From an uncultured delta proteobacterium (lineage in GTDB: Bacteria; Myxococcota; Kuafuiibacteriia; Kuafuiibacteriales; Kuafuiibacteriaceae): a DNA stretch of 64,000 bases. Under the pieces are notes generated by a model. It made no database searches. It saw only the letters and a program-made list of their open reading frames with translations, and had not been told where the DNA came from. Both the position numbers and the translations under genes were made by a program. The DNA is taken from assembly GCA_963803435.1 (NCBI GenBank), contig CAWDML010000014.1, positions 128,001 to 192,000 on the forward strand. Reading direction: 5' to 3'. Shown here piece after piece: positions 18,614 through 29,286 of this stretch (position 1 is the first letter of the stretch; the number at the start of each line of letters is the position of its first letter).

Positions 18614-20469
18614 GTGCGACTCTCGCGGCTCCCGCTCCTCCTCGCGCTCTCGGCCTGCACGCACGATTCCGATTCGGACGGTCGACCTCGAGATTGGGAA
18701 GCAGAACGAGGCCGCCCGCGCGGCGCTGGGACGGGCCGATCTCCAGGAGGCGAGGCGCGGCTACGAGCACGTGCTCGCCTACCCGCCCGCGCACGACAAC
18801 CCGGAGGCCTCGGCCGGGTGGGCCCTCGCCGATCTCCTGCTCGTGCTCGACTCCGCTCCAGCGCAGGCGTTCCTCGAGCGCTGCAACCAGCCGCGCTTCG
18901 ACGTGACGTCGGCGATCTTCGGCGCCGACGGTCTCCTGGCCAAGGAGGATCGGGCCGACCAGGGTACGGCCGCGCTGACCACCTCGTACCGCCCCACGGC
19001 GGGGGCCGCGGCGGCCTCGATCCCCTGGAACGCGCCGCTGGTCCGGGCCAGCACCGTCCATCTCTCCGGCGAGGGCGGGGCCCTGCCCCACAACGAGCTG
19101 ATCCTCTCGGTGCGCGACGCCGCCGCCGAGCGTGCGCTCGATATCCACATCAACGTGGACGATGTCTTCCCCGGCGACGCGACCGTCACCATGCTCCAGC
19201 CGAACCTCGAGATCGATCTCACCGACGCCGACGCCTCGGTGGCGATCTACGAGCGCGTGGAGCCGTTCGCCGTGCCGGGCGCGATCAGCCCCGCCGGCCG
19301 ACTCCGCGTCGGCGCGTTCGGCGAGCGCGGCGGCGACGCGATCGAGCTCGAGCTCGAGGACGTGGCGATCCCCGGCTGGTGCCCGAGCGAGCCCTGCTCC
19401 GCCGAGTATCGGGTGTCGGGCCACATCGACGACGAGCTCTCGGTGATTGCGCTCGAGCCCGGACAGTACCCGTTCGGCACCGTCGCGTACCAGGCGGGGC
19501 CACCGCGCGAGCAGGAGCTGATCGTGGCCCTCGAGAACGCCCAGCCCCTCGACGATGCCTTCCTGACCGCAGAGCTCCGGGCGCTCGGCGACGTACTCGC
19601 CACCGAGGCCGCCCGGTTCCACGCCGCCGCCGCCGAGGAGCGGCTGGCGTTCAGCCTCCCGAAGGCGCTCCTCCACACGCGCGAGGATCTCCCCTTCAAC
19701 AGCACGGACGCCTCCCTGTTCGAGTCCGCCACCCTCGCCGCGGCCGCGCTGGCGGACCTCGCCTCTCGCTACCGCTGGTTCGACGGCGAGGTCCTCGACA
19801 TGGTGAAGGAGCTCGAACGGGACGGCGGGCGCGTGCGCGACTTCGATCCGCAGCTCACGGCGATGAGGCTCGGCGCCGTCCTCATGGAGCGGCGGGACGA
19901 CTTCGATTCTGACGGTGGTCCGCGATCGCGTCGATCGAAGCCTGGCCGCGCTGGAGCGCGCGCTCACCTTCGATCCCGAGCCGGAGGGCATCTTCGACTT
20001 CCAGGATCCCGGCGTCCGCAAGGTCGCCTCCGACTATGCCGAGCTCGCCCGCGCGCTCCGCGACTCGCTCGCCTCCGGGACCCCGGTCTCACCGCAGAGC
20101 GCGCCCACGTACGGGTTCCATCTGCGACACTTCTTCGAGGACCCGCCGGACCGGGCGCAGCTGACGGCGCGCCTGGGCGTGGAGGCGCTGGTGGGCACCT
20201 CCACCGAGACGGACGGCCTCGTCCTCGCGCCCGAGCTCTACACCCGCTGGGACGAGCTCCTCCTCGACGTCGTGATCTTCCCGCGCGACCACCCCGAGAT
20301 GGCCTGCCCGTGCGACCCCGGCTACACCTGCGGGCCGGGCTACTGCGTCCCCGAGGTCCCGTACCTGTTCACCGAGCGCGCCTTCTCCGCCACCACCGAC
20401 GGTGCCGACGCCGACTGGCCCCGGTTCATCAACCCGCTGGTTCGCGACATCTTCGAGCTGGGGCTCTGA
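18614..20469 (+). CDS. Hypothetical lipoprotein (two +1 frameshifts, near 18670 and 19907)
   Basis: MRLSRLPLLLALSAC lipobox 2 nt after the protease stop; joins track ORFs 18596, 18771 and 19915; short Cys-rich motif near the C-terminus. Confidence 0.65.
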
Positions 20470-20491
20470 CGGCGCTCACACCGGCGAAACA

Positions 20492-20520
20492 GGGGCCCGC
20501 GGTGAGGGCCCGTCGCTCTT
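20492..20520 (+). promoter_or_regulatory. Putative ECF target promoter GGGGCC-N16-CGCTCTT
   Basis: Matches the motif upstream of the ECF gene; followed by an AGGAG RBS and ATG 20547. Confidence 0.5.
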
Positions 20521-20546
20521 CAACCGGCGAGGAGAACGAAACCGAC

Positions 20547-21923
20547 ATGACTCACCGCCTATCCGCCCTGACCCTCCTGATCCCGCTCGCCGGCTTGACC
20601 GCCTGCGACCGGACGCCGGCCGAGCCGCTCAGCAGCCAGACCGTCCGGGCCTCGCTGCGCGACAACGCGCGCCTCCACGCCCACGACAGCGCCGGCATGC
20701 TCTCCGATCTGCTGAGCAGCGGCTTCCTCGAGATCGCCTACCGGCAGGCCTGCGAGGCGACCGCCACCGAGGACGGCCAAGACTGCAGCGCACCCAACCT
20801 CCAGCTCGATCAGGCCGACGTCGACGCCGAGGTCGACGACATCGTCGACAAGTTCTTTGCCGACGATCGCGTGGTCTCCGAGACCCCCGCCGAGGTCGTG
20901 TACGCCATTCCCTCCCGAGACATCTGCGAGGACGACGCCGAGTGCATCGGCGACCTCGATCGGCTCACCCTGCAGCTGGTGGCGACCTCACCCGCACCCG
21001 ACAGCATCGACGTCGTCCTCCGCGTGAGCGGGCATGATCCGCTCGTCGCCCACCTCGCGCCGGACAGCATCGTCGTCGAGCTCGACCTGGCCGAGGCCCG
21101 CGCCGCCGTCGCGGCCCACCCGGACGTCTTCGATCTCGACGCCTCCGACCTCCCCACCGCCGTCGGACGCCTCGAGGCCTCGCTCTCCCGCGTGAGCGCG
21201 CGCCACTACCAGGCCGCGCTCGCCGTCACCGAGGACATCGCCGTGGAGCTCCCGGGCAGGTATGCGCTCTCCATCGGCGCCGCGCCGCTCCTCTCCGTCG
21301 ACGTCGATGCGGGCGCCGAGCGCGTCGAGGCCACCGTGGCCGTCGATTGGGTGAGCGCCACGCTCCCCGCCCCCGCGCTCGACTTCCTCTTCGACGGATT
21401 GCTGGAGGACGGCGTGGCGCAGGTCGAGCTGGGCGGGCTGACCGCGCACGCCGTCCTCGCCAACGCCGACCAGAACCTCACCATCACGGGCCTCGGCCTC
21501 GGTCAGACCACGACCACGCTGTCGCTCGACGGCACACAGCTGATCGCGCTCGACCTCAACGCGACCTTCGGCCGCCAGCTCGATCTCACGGTCAGCGCCG
21601 GGGACGATCGGATCGGCTTTGCATTCTCCCCCGCGGTGACGGTGGCCGCCGGCCTCTTCCTCCAGCCGCTCCTCGACCGGGGTCAGGACGTCCCGGCCTG
21701 GGCGCTCGACAGCACCAGCGAGGTGCGCTTCACGGCGACCTCGGGCCCGCCGGCGCTGTCGATCTCCACCGAGCGCACCCGCGTCGACAACGGCACCCTC
21801 GTCTTCTCGAGCAGCGAGATGGCTTCACCGGTGAGCGTCGACGCCGGCCTGTGCATCGAGGCCAACGACACCGAGGACCAGAGCCACCCGTTCCAGTCGC
21901 TGTACGGCGCGACCTGCGAGTGA
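20547..21923 (+). CDS. Hypothetical acidic, beta-rich lipoprotein
   Basis: MTHRLSALTLLIPLAGLTAC lipobox, AGGAG RBS, paired cysteines, ends GATCE; C-terminal part of track ORF 18771..21923. Confidence 0.75.
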   Translation: MTHRLSALTLLIPLAGLTACDRTPAEPLSSQTVRASLRDNARLHAHDSAGMLSDLLSSGFLEIAYRQACEATATEDGQDCSAPNLQLDQADVDAEVDDIVDKFFADDRVVSETPAEVVYAIPSRDICEDDAECIGDLDRLTLQLVATSPAPDSIDVVLRVSGHDPLVAHLAPDSIVVELDLAEARAAVAAHPDVFDLDASDLPTAVGRLEASLSRVSARHYQAALAVTEDIAVELPGRYALSIGAAPLLSVDVDAGAERVEATVAVDWVSATLPAPALDFLFDGLLEDGVAQVELGGLTAHAVLANADQNLTITGLGLGQTTTTLSLDGTQLIALDLNATFGRQLDLTVSAGDDRIGFAFSPAVTVAAGLFLQPLLDRGQDVPAWALDSTSEVRFTATSGPPALSISTERTRVDNGTLVFSSSEMASPVSVDAGLCIEANDTEDQSHPFQSLYGATCE

Positions 21924-21978
21924 GGCCGGGCGCACGCCGTCTGGATCCCGCTGCCGCTTTCGTGTTTGGCTCTCCCCC

Positions 21979-23910
21979 GTGAGGCTGACCGCTCTTCCGT
22001 TCGCCCTCGTCCTGGCTGCGTGCGCCTCCTGCTCGGGTTCGCGGCGGACGACGAATCCACCGCCGGACGCCGGAGTCCCCAAGGTGGTGGACAAGGTCGA
22101 GGTCAGCCCGCCCACGCTCTCGCTCACGGCCGGCGATTCACAGACCCTCACGGCCCGCGTCCTCGATCAGGACGGCGCCCCGCTCCTCTCCAAGCAGGTC
22201 ACCTGGTCCGCGTCCGACACGAACGTCGCCACAGTCACCGGGGCCGGCGTGGTCACCGCGCGGGCAGAAGGGACCGCACTGGTCACCGCCTCCGCCGACG
22301 GCAAGAGTGGGTCGGCGTCCGTCGTGGTCATGCCCGTGAACATGAACCCGGTCGACTCGGTCGAGCTCGACCCGACGTCGGCCGCGCTCGTCGTCGGAGA
22401 GTCGGTGCAGCTGACGGCGACCGCCAAGGATGCGGCGGGCGCCGTGATCACCGGACACGCCGTCGACTGGACCACCGCCGACGCGGCCGTCGCCACGGTC
22501 AACGCGAGCGGGCTCGTGCTCGCAGTCGGCGCCGGCAGCACGCGCGTGACCGGGACGATCGACGGCAAGTCGGCCGCCGCCACCCTCGACGTGACCGAGC
22601 CCCAGGTGGAGCCCGGCGACGTCGACGTCGACGTCACCACGCGCTACCAGACGATGGACGGCTGGGAGGCTACCGCCCAGATGGGACAGTGGGAGTGCGG
22701 GCGCACCGCCTTCGACAACTACCGCGACGCCCTGGTCGACCGCGCTGTCAACGAGCTCGGGATCAATCGCCTGCGGGTCGAGCTCACCTCCGGATCCGAG
22801 AACACGACCGACTGGTTCGGGATGTTCGACAGCGGTCAGGTCCCCATCTCGACGTGGGAGAGCCACTGGTACGATCCGGTGAACGACAACGCCGACCCGA
22901 ACGTCATCAACCCGGCCGGCTTCCAGTGGGGACAGCTCGACTCGATCATCGATCGCGTGGCCAACCCCTTCCGGAACGCGCTGATGCAGCGGGGCGAGCA
23001 GCTCTATGTGAACCTCTGCTTCGTCGACTTCGACGTCACCGCCTTCTCGCACAAGGACCATCCGGACGAGTACGCCGAGCTGATCCTGGCGGCGTTTCAG
23101 CACCTCGAGTCCAAATACGGCTGGGTCCCGGACGGGCTCGAGATCATGCTCGAGCCGGACAACAACTCCGGCTGGACCACGACCGACGTCGGCCGCGCGT
23201 TCATCGCCGCCGCCGATCGCCTCGAAGCGGCCGGCTATCACCCGAGCTACACGCTCCCCTCGAACACGAACATGTGGAGCGCGATCGGCGCCTACGACAC
23301 GATCAAGGGGATGTCGGGGGCCGCCGGCCGGATCACGGAGCTGTCCTATCACCGCTACCAGGGGACCGGCCTCGACGCCGCCATGGCGGTGGGCGATCGC
23401 GTGCGCAACGACGGCGTGAAGAGCGCCATGCTCGAGCACATCGCCAGCGGCATCGACGACCTCATGGAGGATCTGACGGTGGCGCAGACCTCCGCGTGGC
23501 AGCAGTTCACGATCGGCTTCTGCGAGGCCGGTTTCCCGGGCGCGCAGTACTACGACATCGATATCTCGAACCCCAACAATCCGACGATCACGCCCGACGA
23601 GCTGTCGCGCTACTTCTCGCAGGTCTTCCTGCACGTGCGGCGGGGCGCGATCCGGTACGGCACCACCGTCCGCGACGGCTCGCTGGCGCCGCTCGCCTTC
23701 CAGAACGCCGATGGAAAGTGGACCGTGGTGGTGCGGACGCAGGGCCAGAAGTCGTTCACGATCGGCCGCCTGCCGCCCGGAACCTACGGCGTGTACTACA
23801 CGACCGGCGGCGAGCGCGCGACGCCGCGCCCCGACCTCACGATCACCGCCGGCAAGACCGCGGACGTCTCGATCCCGGGCGCCGGGCTCATCACCGTGTT
23901 CCAGCGCTGA
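21979..23910 (+). CDS. Lipoprotein with two Ig-like (Big_2) domains and a clan GH-A (GH30-like) glycoside hydrolase domain
   Basis: Two V.V.P...L.VG....L.A...W..SD..VATV..G.V repeats; RYQTMDGW, MLEPDN (acid/base), SYHRY, AMLEH (nucleophile); AFQNADGKWTVVV. Confidence 0.7.
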   Translation: MRLTALPFALVLAACASCSGSRRTTNPPPDAGVPKVVDKVEVSPPTLSLTAGDSQTLTARVLDQDGAPLLSKQVTWSASDTNVATVTGAGVVTARAEGTALVTASADGKSGSASVVVMPVNMNPVDSVELDPTSAALVVGESVQLTATAKDAAGAVITGHAVDWTTADAAVATVNASGLVLAVGAGSTRVTGTIDGKSAAATLDVTEPQVEPGDVDVDVTTRYQTMDGWEATAQMGQWECGRTAFDNYRDALVDRAVNELGINRLRVELTSGSENTTDWFGMFDSGQVPISTWESHWYDPVNDNADPNVINPAGFQWGQLDSIIDRVANPFRNALMQRGEQLYVNLCFVDFDVTAFSHKDHPDEYAELILAAFQHLESKYGWVPDGLEIMLEPDNNSGWTTTDVGRAFIAAADRLEAAGYHPSYTLPSNTNMWSAIGAYDTIKGMSGAAGRITELSYHRYQGTGLDAAMAVGDRVRNDGVKSAMLEHIASGIDDLMEDLTVAQTSAWQQFTIGFCEAGFPGAQYYDIDISNPNNPTITPDELSRYFSQVFLHVRRGAIRYGTTVRDGSLAPLAFQNADGKWTVVVRTQGQKSFTIGRLPPGTYGVYYTTGGERATPRPDLTITAGKTADVSIPGAGLITVFQR

Positions 23911-23916
23911 GCGAGC

Positions 23917-25344
23917 TCACGGGCAATTGCCGAGCGGCGCCGGGCTGAACGATCCGCCCGGGGCCGAGCACGTCCCGCCGCGCTGGTCGATCCGCACCAC
24001 CCCGGTGCTGCCCCCGCCGCCGCCCCCGCCGCCGGCGCCGGTCCCACCGATGCTGCCGGCGAGCGTCGAGCCGGCGCCGCCGTCCCCGCCGTCCCCGCCG
24101 TCGCCCGCGCCGTTGCCGCCCGGGGCCGGCACCGCGCTATTGCGGCGCCCGTTGATGCCCGGGTTACCGCCGCCGCCGACGCTGCCGCCCTCGCCACCTC
24201 CGCCGCCGTTCGCGGTGATCCAGGCAAAGCTGGTGATCGTGACGTGGTAGCCCTCGAGCAGGATCCCACCGCCGCTGCCGCCCGCGCCCCCGCCCGAGCC
24301 GTCCTCGCCCGGCTGTCCACCGTAGCCGTTCGCCGACAGGGAGACGTCGAGGTAGAGCATGCCGGCCGCCGAGATTTGCACCGCGCCGCCGCCGGCGCCG
24401 CCGGTGCCCCCCGTATTGCCGCTGTCGGACCCGCCCGGACCACCCGGGCAGCCGCCGCGCGGCGGGACCAGCGAGGTGTCGGTGGCCGCGGTACCCATCC
24501 CGCCGCCGGCGCCCGAGCCGGGACCGCCCTCTCCGCCGTTGCCGCCGAACGCGCCGCCGCCGCCGCCGCCCGCGCCGTTGCCGCTGTTGCCGCCGCGCGC
24601 CCCGACGCCGGCGTTGGGACACCCGGAGGCGCCGCCCGCGGTGAACACCGTGCCGTCCGCCATGAGCTCGCCCCGCAAGGTGGCGTCGCCGAAGACGGCG
24701 AAGATGACCGGGTGGCTGCCCTCGATCGTCACGGTGCCGCCCGGGTCGAGGAAGAAGCTGTCCATCGCGAGGATGTACGAGCCTCCGGGCCCGGGGTAGA
24801 CCGGCGGCATCGGCTCACCGCACCACTGCGAGAACGTCAGCGTGTTCGCCGCGGTGATGACTGCGTCGCAAGTCAGGTTGACACCCGCGCCGGGCGTGAG
24901 CGCCGTCGGATCGAAGTTCTGCGGCAGGTATGGGAAGCCGTTGAACACCCCGGTGTCCGGGAAGCCGGCGTCGTCGGGTACGCCGGTGTCATCCGGGACG
25001 CCGGTGTCATCCGGGACGCCGATGTCGTCCGGGATCCCGGTGTCATCCGCGACGCCCGTGTCGTCCGGGATCCCGGTGTCGTCGGGCGCGGCGTCCCGGG
25101 TGAGATCGGCGTCGCCGGCGCCGGTGTCCTCGGCGGCGTCCTGGGGCGACGCGTCCCGCGGATCGGAGCCGGCGTCGCTGGAGGCATCGCGATCGAGCAC
25201 GGTGCTCGCGTCGCGATCGTCGGTCTTGGCGTCGAGCGTCCCGGTCCCCGCGTCGAAACCCGGGGTGGCGGCCGGCGGCTGAAAAATGCACGCCGCCGAG
25301 GTCAACCAGAGGACCCCGCACACACGTGCTCCCGCGCGCCTCAC
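23917..25344 (-). CDS. Glycine-rich exported lipoprotein with DDTGVP repeats
   Basis: SAAC lipobox, DAG/DDTG linker repeats and GGGGGG-rich C-terminus typical of myxobacterial surface proteins. Confidence 0.7.
   Translation of the reverse strand: MRRAGARVCGVLWLTSAACIFQPPAATPGFDAGTGTLDAKTDDRDASTVLDRDASSDAGSDPRDASPQDAAEDTGAGDADLTRDAAPDDTGIPDDTGVADDTGIPDDIGVPDDTGVPDDTGVPDDAGFPDTGVFNGFPYLPQNFDPTALTPGAGVNLTCDAVITAANTLTFSQWCGEPMPPVYPGPGGSYILAMDSFFLDPGGTVTIEGSHPVIFAVFGDATLRGELMADGTVFTAGGASGCPNAGVGARGGNSGNGAGGGGGGAFGGNGGEGGPGSGAGGGMGTAATDTSLVPPRGGCPGGPGGSDSGNTGGTGGAGGGAVQISAAGMLYLDVSLSANGYGGQPGEDGSGGGAGGSGGGILLEGYHVTITSFAWITANGGGGGEGGSVGGGGNPGINGRRNSAVPAPGGNGAGDGGDGGDGGAGSTLAGSIGGTGAGGGGGGGGSTGVVRIDQRGGTCSAPGGSFSPAPLGNCP
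24966..25084 (-). repeat. 18-bp coding tandem repeat (PDDTG[IV]), about 6 copies
   Basis: Translation PDDTGI PDDTGV ADDTGI PDDIGV PDDTGV PDDTGV PDDAG. Confidence 0.8.
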
Positions 25345-25400
25345 GCGGCGATACTAAGGAGTTCGCTCCTGGATCTGGCAAGAGTATTCTCCGAGATCGG

Positions 25401-26336
25401 ATGCCTCGAGGCACGATCGAAGAGGCCGTGGAGGCGCTCCTTCACCGCGCGGGGCTCGTCGCGTTCCCCACAGAAACCGTATACGGGCTGGGCGCAGACG
25501 CCCTGAACCCGCGGGCAGTCGCGCGGATCTTCGAGGCCAAGAACCGGCCCTCGTTCGACCCTCTGATCGTGCACGTGCGGCGGATGGAAGACGTCGACGA
25601 GCTCGCGTCATCGTTTCCCGAGACTGCAAGACAGCTTGCAGAGCACTTCTGGCCGGGCCCGCTGACGCTGGTGCTGGAGAAGAGACCCGTCGTGCCGGAC
25701 ATCGTCACGGCCGGCCAGCCGACGGTGGCGGTCCGCGTCCCCGCGCACCCGATCGCGCTCGAGCTCCTGGAGCGGGCTCGGATCCCGATCGCCGCCCCCA
25801 GCGCGAACCGCTTCGGCTCGGTGAGCCCGACCTCGGCCGAGCACGTGGAGGCTCAGCTCGGCGACGCCGTCGACGTCATCCTGGACGGCGGCGACTGCCG
25901 CGTCGGCGTCGAGTCGACGATCATCTCGTTCACCGGCGAACGTCCGGCGCTCCTCAGACCGGGGGGTACGCCGGTCGAGGCGATCGAGGCCCGGATCGGT
26001 CCCCTGGAGATCCCGCCGCCCGATACGCTCCCGAGCGCTTCGCCGGGGCGCCTCGCGAAACACTACGCCACCCGCACCCCGCTCCACCTCGGATCCGTCG
26101 AGCTGGGGCACCGGCGCGCCGGGTTGCTCACCCTGACCGAGCCCGAAGAATCGACGCCCTACGAGGTGATCGAGGTGCTGTCTCCTACGGGATCCCTCGA
26201 AGAGGCTGCCGCCAACCTGTTCGCCGCCATGCGACGTCTGGACGCAGCCAACCTCGACGTCATCGTGGCGACACCGGTGCCTGAAGTAGGACTCGGGCGC
26301 GCGATCATGGATCGCTTACGACGCGCTGCGATTTGA
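25401..26336 (+). CDS. sua5: L-threonylcarbamoyladenylate synthase (Sua5 type)
   Basis: VAFPTETVYGLGADA, KNRPSFDPLIVH, WPGPLT, AAPSAN, GVESTI, SPG....HYA and a C-terminal SUA5 domain. Confidence 0.95.
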   Translation: MPRGTIEEAVEALLHRAGLVAFPTETVYGLGADALNPRAVARIFEAKNRPSFDPLIVHVRRMEDVDELASSFPETARQLAEHFWPGPLTLVLEKRPVVPDIVTAGQPTVAVRVPAHPIALELLERARIPIAAPSANRFGSVSPTSAEHVEAQLGDAVDVILDGGDCRVGVESTIISFTGERPALLRPGGTPVEAIEARIGPLEIPPPDTLPSASPGRLAKHYATRTPLHLGSVELGHRRAGLLTLTEPEESTPYEVIEVLSPTGSLEEAAANLFAAMRRLDAANLDVIVATPVPEVGLGRAIMDRLRRAAI

Positions 26337-26381
26337 ATTATCCGAATTCGGACCGATATGCTGCACGAGGGACACGACGCG

Positions 26382-26786
<405 letters not shown>

Positions 26787-26793
26787 TGGAGGG

Positions 26794-26997
26794 ATGACCG
26801 CGCCTCAGCTCACCTTCCTCCTCACCACGGTCCTCCTCTCGGTCGCGCTCACAGCTCTGTTCTACCGCGGGGTCCTGCGATACGCGCCCACCCGTCGGGA
26901 GAGCCTTCTCGCCGCCGCCATGGCGGGAGTGCTCTGTGCAACGCCGGTGGGATGGGCGACGGCCGCGATCGTGAACGCGTTCGGATCGCTGGGATGA
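26794..26997 (+). CDS. Small two-TM membrane protein
   Basis: GGAGG RBS, two hydrophobic segments, ATGA overlap with the next gene. Confidence 0.55.
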   Translation: MTAPQLTFLLTTVLLSVALTALFYRGVLRYAPTRRESLLAAAMAGVLCATPVGWATAAIVNAFGSLG

Positions 26998-27449
26998 ATC
27001 TCAGCTCGATTCGCGCCACTCGGCCCAGCACGCGGGACCAGGTGCGCGAGCTCGGTCTGTTCTTCCTGCGCGCAGCCACCGCCGGCTCCATGCTCCTCGC
27101 ACACGGTCTTCCGAAGCTCCTCAGCTACGCCGACAAGATGGAGACGTTCCCCGATCCGCTGGGGATCGGCAGCAACGTCAGCCTCGCCCTCGCAATCTTC
27201 GCGGAGGTCTTCTGCTCCATCGCGCTGCTGTTCGGACTGATGGCGCGGCTCACCGCCGGAGCCCTCGCCTTCACGATGCTGACCGCGTTCTTCCTCGTCC
27301 ACGGCCCAGACCCCTTCGCGAAGAAGGAGCTGGCCCTGATGTACGCCGTCCCCTGTCTCACCATCGTCCTGACGGGCGCGGGCCGTTTCTCGCTCGATCA
27401 GGTGCTCTTCGCGGGGCGATCCAGAGGCTCCTTGAAGCTCGATGTCTGA
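26994..27449 (+). CDS. DoxX-family membrane protein
   Basis: LR...G..ML.AHG..KL, FPDPLGIG...SL.LA.FAE, ELA..Y...GAGRFSLD. Confidence 0.9.
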   Translation: MNLSSIRATRPSTRDQVRELGLFFLRAATAGSMLLAHGLPKLLSYADKMETFPDPLGIGSNVSLALAIFAEVFCSIALLFGLMARLTAGALAFTMLTAFFLVHGPDPFAKKELALMYAVPCLTIVLTGAGRFSLDQVLFAGRSRGSLKLDV

Positions 27450-27467
27450 GGGGCTACATCGCCTCTG

Positions 27468-29286
27468 GTGACCTCGTACCGCTCGCTGGCCGACATGTTC
27501 ACGAAGCGGGTCGCAGCGACCCCGAACGGCCTCGCCTTTCAGTTTCCCAAGGCGGACGGCGGCTGGGGCTCGATGACCTGGCGCGAGTCGGGCCAGCGCG
27601 TGCGGGCGATCGCGATGGGCCTGATCGCCCTCGGGCTCCAGAACGAGCAGCGCTGCGCGATCCTCGCGTCGACGCGCATCGAGTGGATCCTGGCGGACCT
27701 CGGCATCGCCTGCGCCGGCGGCGCGACCACGACCGTCTATCCCTCCAACATCCCGGACGAGTGTGCGTACATCCTCTCCGACTCGAATACGCGCGTCATC
27801 TTCGCCGAGAGCGACGAGCAGGTGGCGAAGATGCTCGAGATCCGGAGCCGCCTCCCCGGCCTCGAGAAGGTGATCACGTTCGACGGCGCACGCTCGCAGG
27901 ACGGCTGGGTGATCACGTTCGCCGAGCTGATCGAAAGCGGGAAGACGTACGATGCCGCCAACCCCGGCGCGTTCGAGCGCGTGGTCGCGTCCGTCGAGCC
28001 CCAGCACCTCGCCACCCTGATCTACACCTCGGGCACCACCGGCAAGCCGAAGGGCGTCGAGCTCCTCCACGACTGCTGGGTGTTCGAAGGCGAGGCGATC
28101 GAGCGCGCCAAGCTGATCACGACCGACGACCACCACTACCTGTGGCTGCCGCTCTCCCACTCGTTCGGCAAGGTGCTCGAGGCGGCGCAGCTCGCCTGCG
28201 GCTTCGCCACCACCGTCGACGGACGCATCGACAAGCTGGTGGAGAACCTGGCGGTGATCCGGCCGACGGTCATGGCGGCCGCACCCCGCATCTTCGAGAA
28301 GGTCTACAACCGCGTGATCACCGGCGCCGCCGAGAAGGGAGGCCTCACGCTCGAGATCTTCCGCTGGGCGACCAAGGTGGGAAAGAAGGTGTCCCTGCTG
28401 CGGCAGCAGGGCACCGAGCCGAGCGGGACCCTCGCGCTCCAGTACAAGATCGCCGACCGGCTGGTGTTCTCGAAGCTGCGCGCGCGCTTCGGCGGGCGCG
28501 TCCGCTACTTCATCTCGGGGAGCGCCCCGCTGTCCCACGAGATCGCCGAGTTCTTCCACGCCGCCGGGATCCTGATCCTCGAGGGCTACGGCCTCACCGA
28601 GTCGAGCGCGGCCACCTTCGTCAACCGGCCCGACAGCTTCAAGTTCGGCACCGTCGGCCTGCCGTTCGAGGGCGTGGAGGTCAAGCTGGCGCCCGAGGAC
28701 GGCGAGGTCCTGATCCGCGGGCGCGGCGTCATGCGCGGCTACCACAACCTGGCCGAGACCACCGCCGACTCGATCGATTCCGACGGCTGGCTGCGCACCG
28801 GCGACATCGGCGTGCTCGACGAGAAGGGCCGGCTCTCGATCACCGACCGCAAGAAGGATCTGATCAAGACCTCGGGCGGCAAGTACGTCGCGCCGCAGAA
28901 GCTCGAGGGCAAGCTGAAGGCCCTCTGCCCTTACGTGAGCCAGGTGGTGGTCCACGGCGATCGCCGCAACTTCTGCTCGGCCCTGGTGACTCTCGACGAG
29001 GAGTCGATCCCGAAGTGGGCCGCCGAGAACGGGCTCCCCGGCAAGGACGTCCCGGCGCTCGTCAAGGAAGACCGGGTGATCGCGATGGTGCAGCGCTCGA
29101 TCGATCAGCTCAACGCAGAGCTCGCCAGCTACGAGACGGTGAAGAAGTTCGCGATCCTGGAGCGGGACTTCACCGTCGAGACCGGTGAGCTGACCGCCAG
29201 CCTCAAGGTGAAGCGCAAGGAGGTCGAGCGCCGCTATCGCGAGGTCCTCGACGGCTTCTATCAGGGCGCGCTCGAGCGGATTCTGA
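27468..29286 (+). CDS. Long-chain fatty acid-CoA ligase (AMP-binding); true stop probably masked by a +1 error at 29279-29283
   Basis: IYTSGTTGKPKGV, LPLSH, EGYGLTE, LRTGDIG, ITDRKKDLIKTSGGKYVAPQ, ELTASLKVKR. Confidence 0.92.

Noticed and set aside
18771-21923. 1050-aa ORF
   Set aside because: It merges two lipoproteins through a frameshift near 19907; the second has its own RBS and lipobox.
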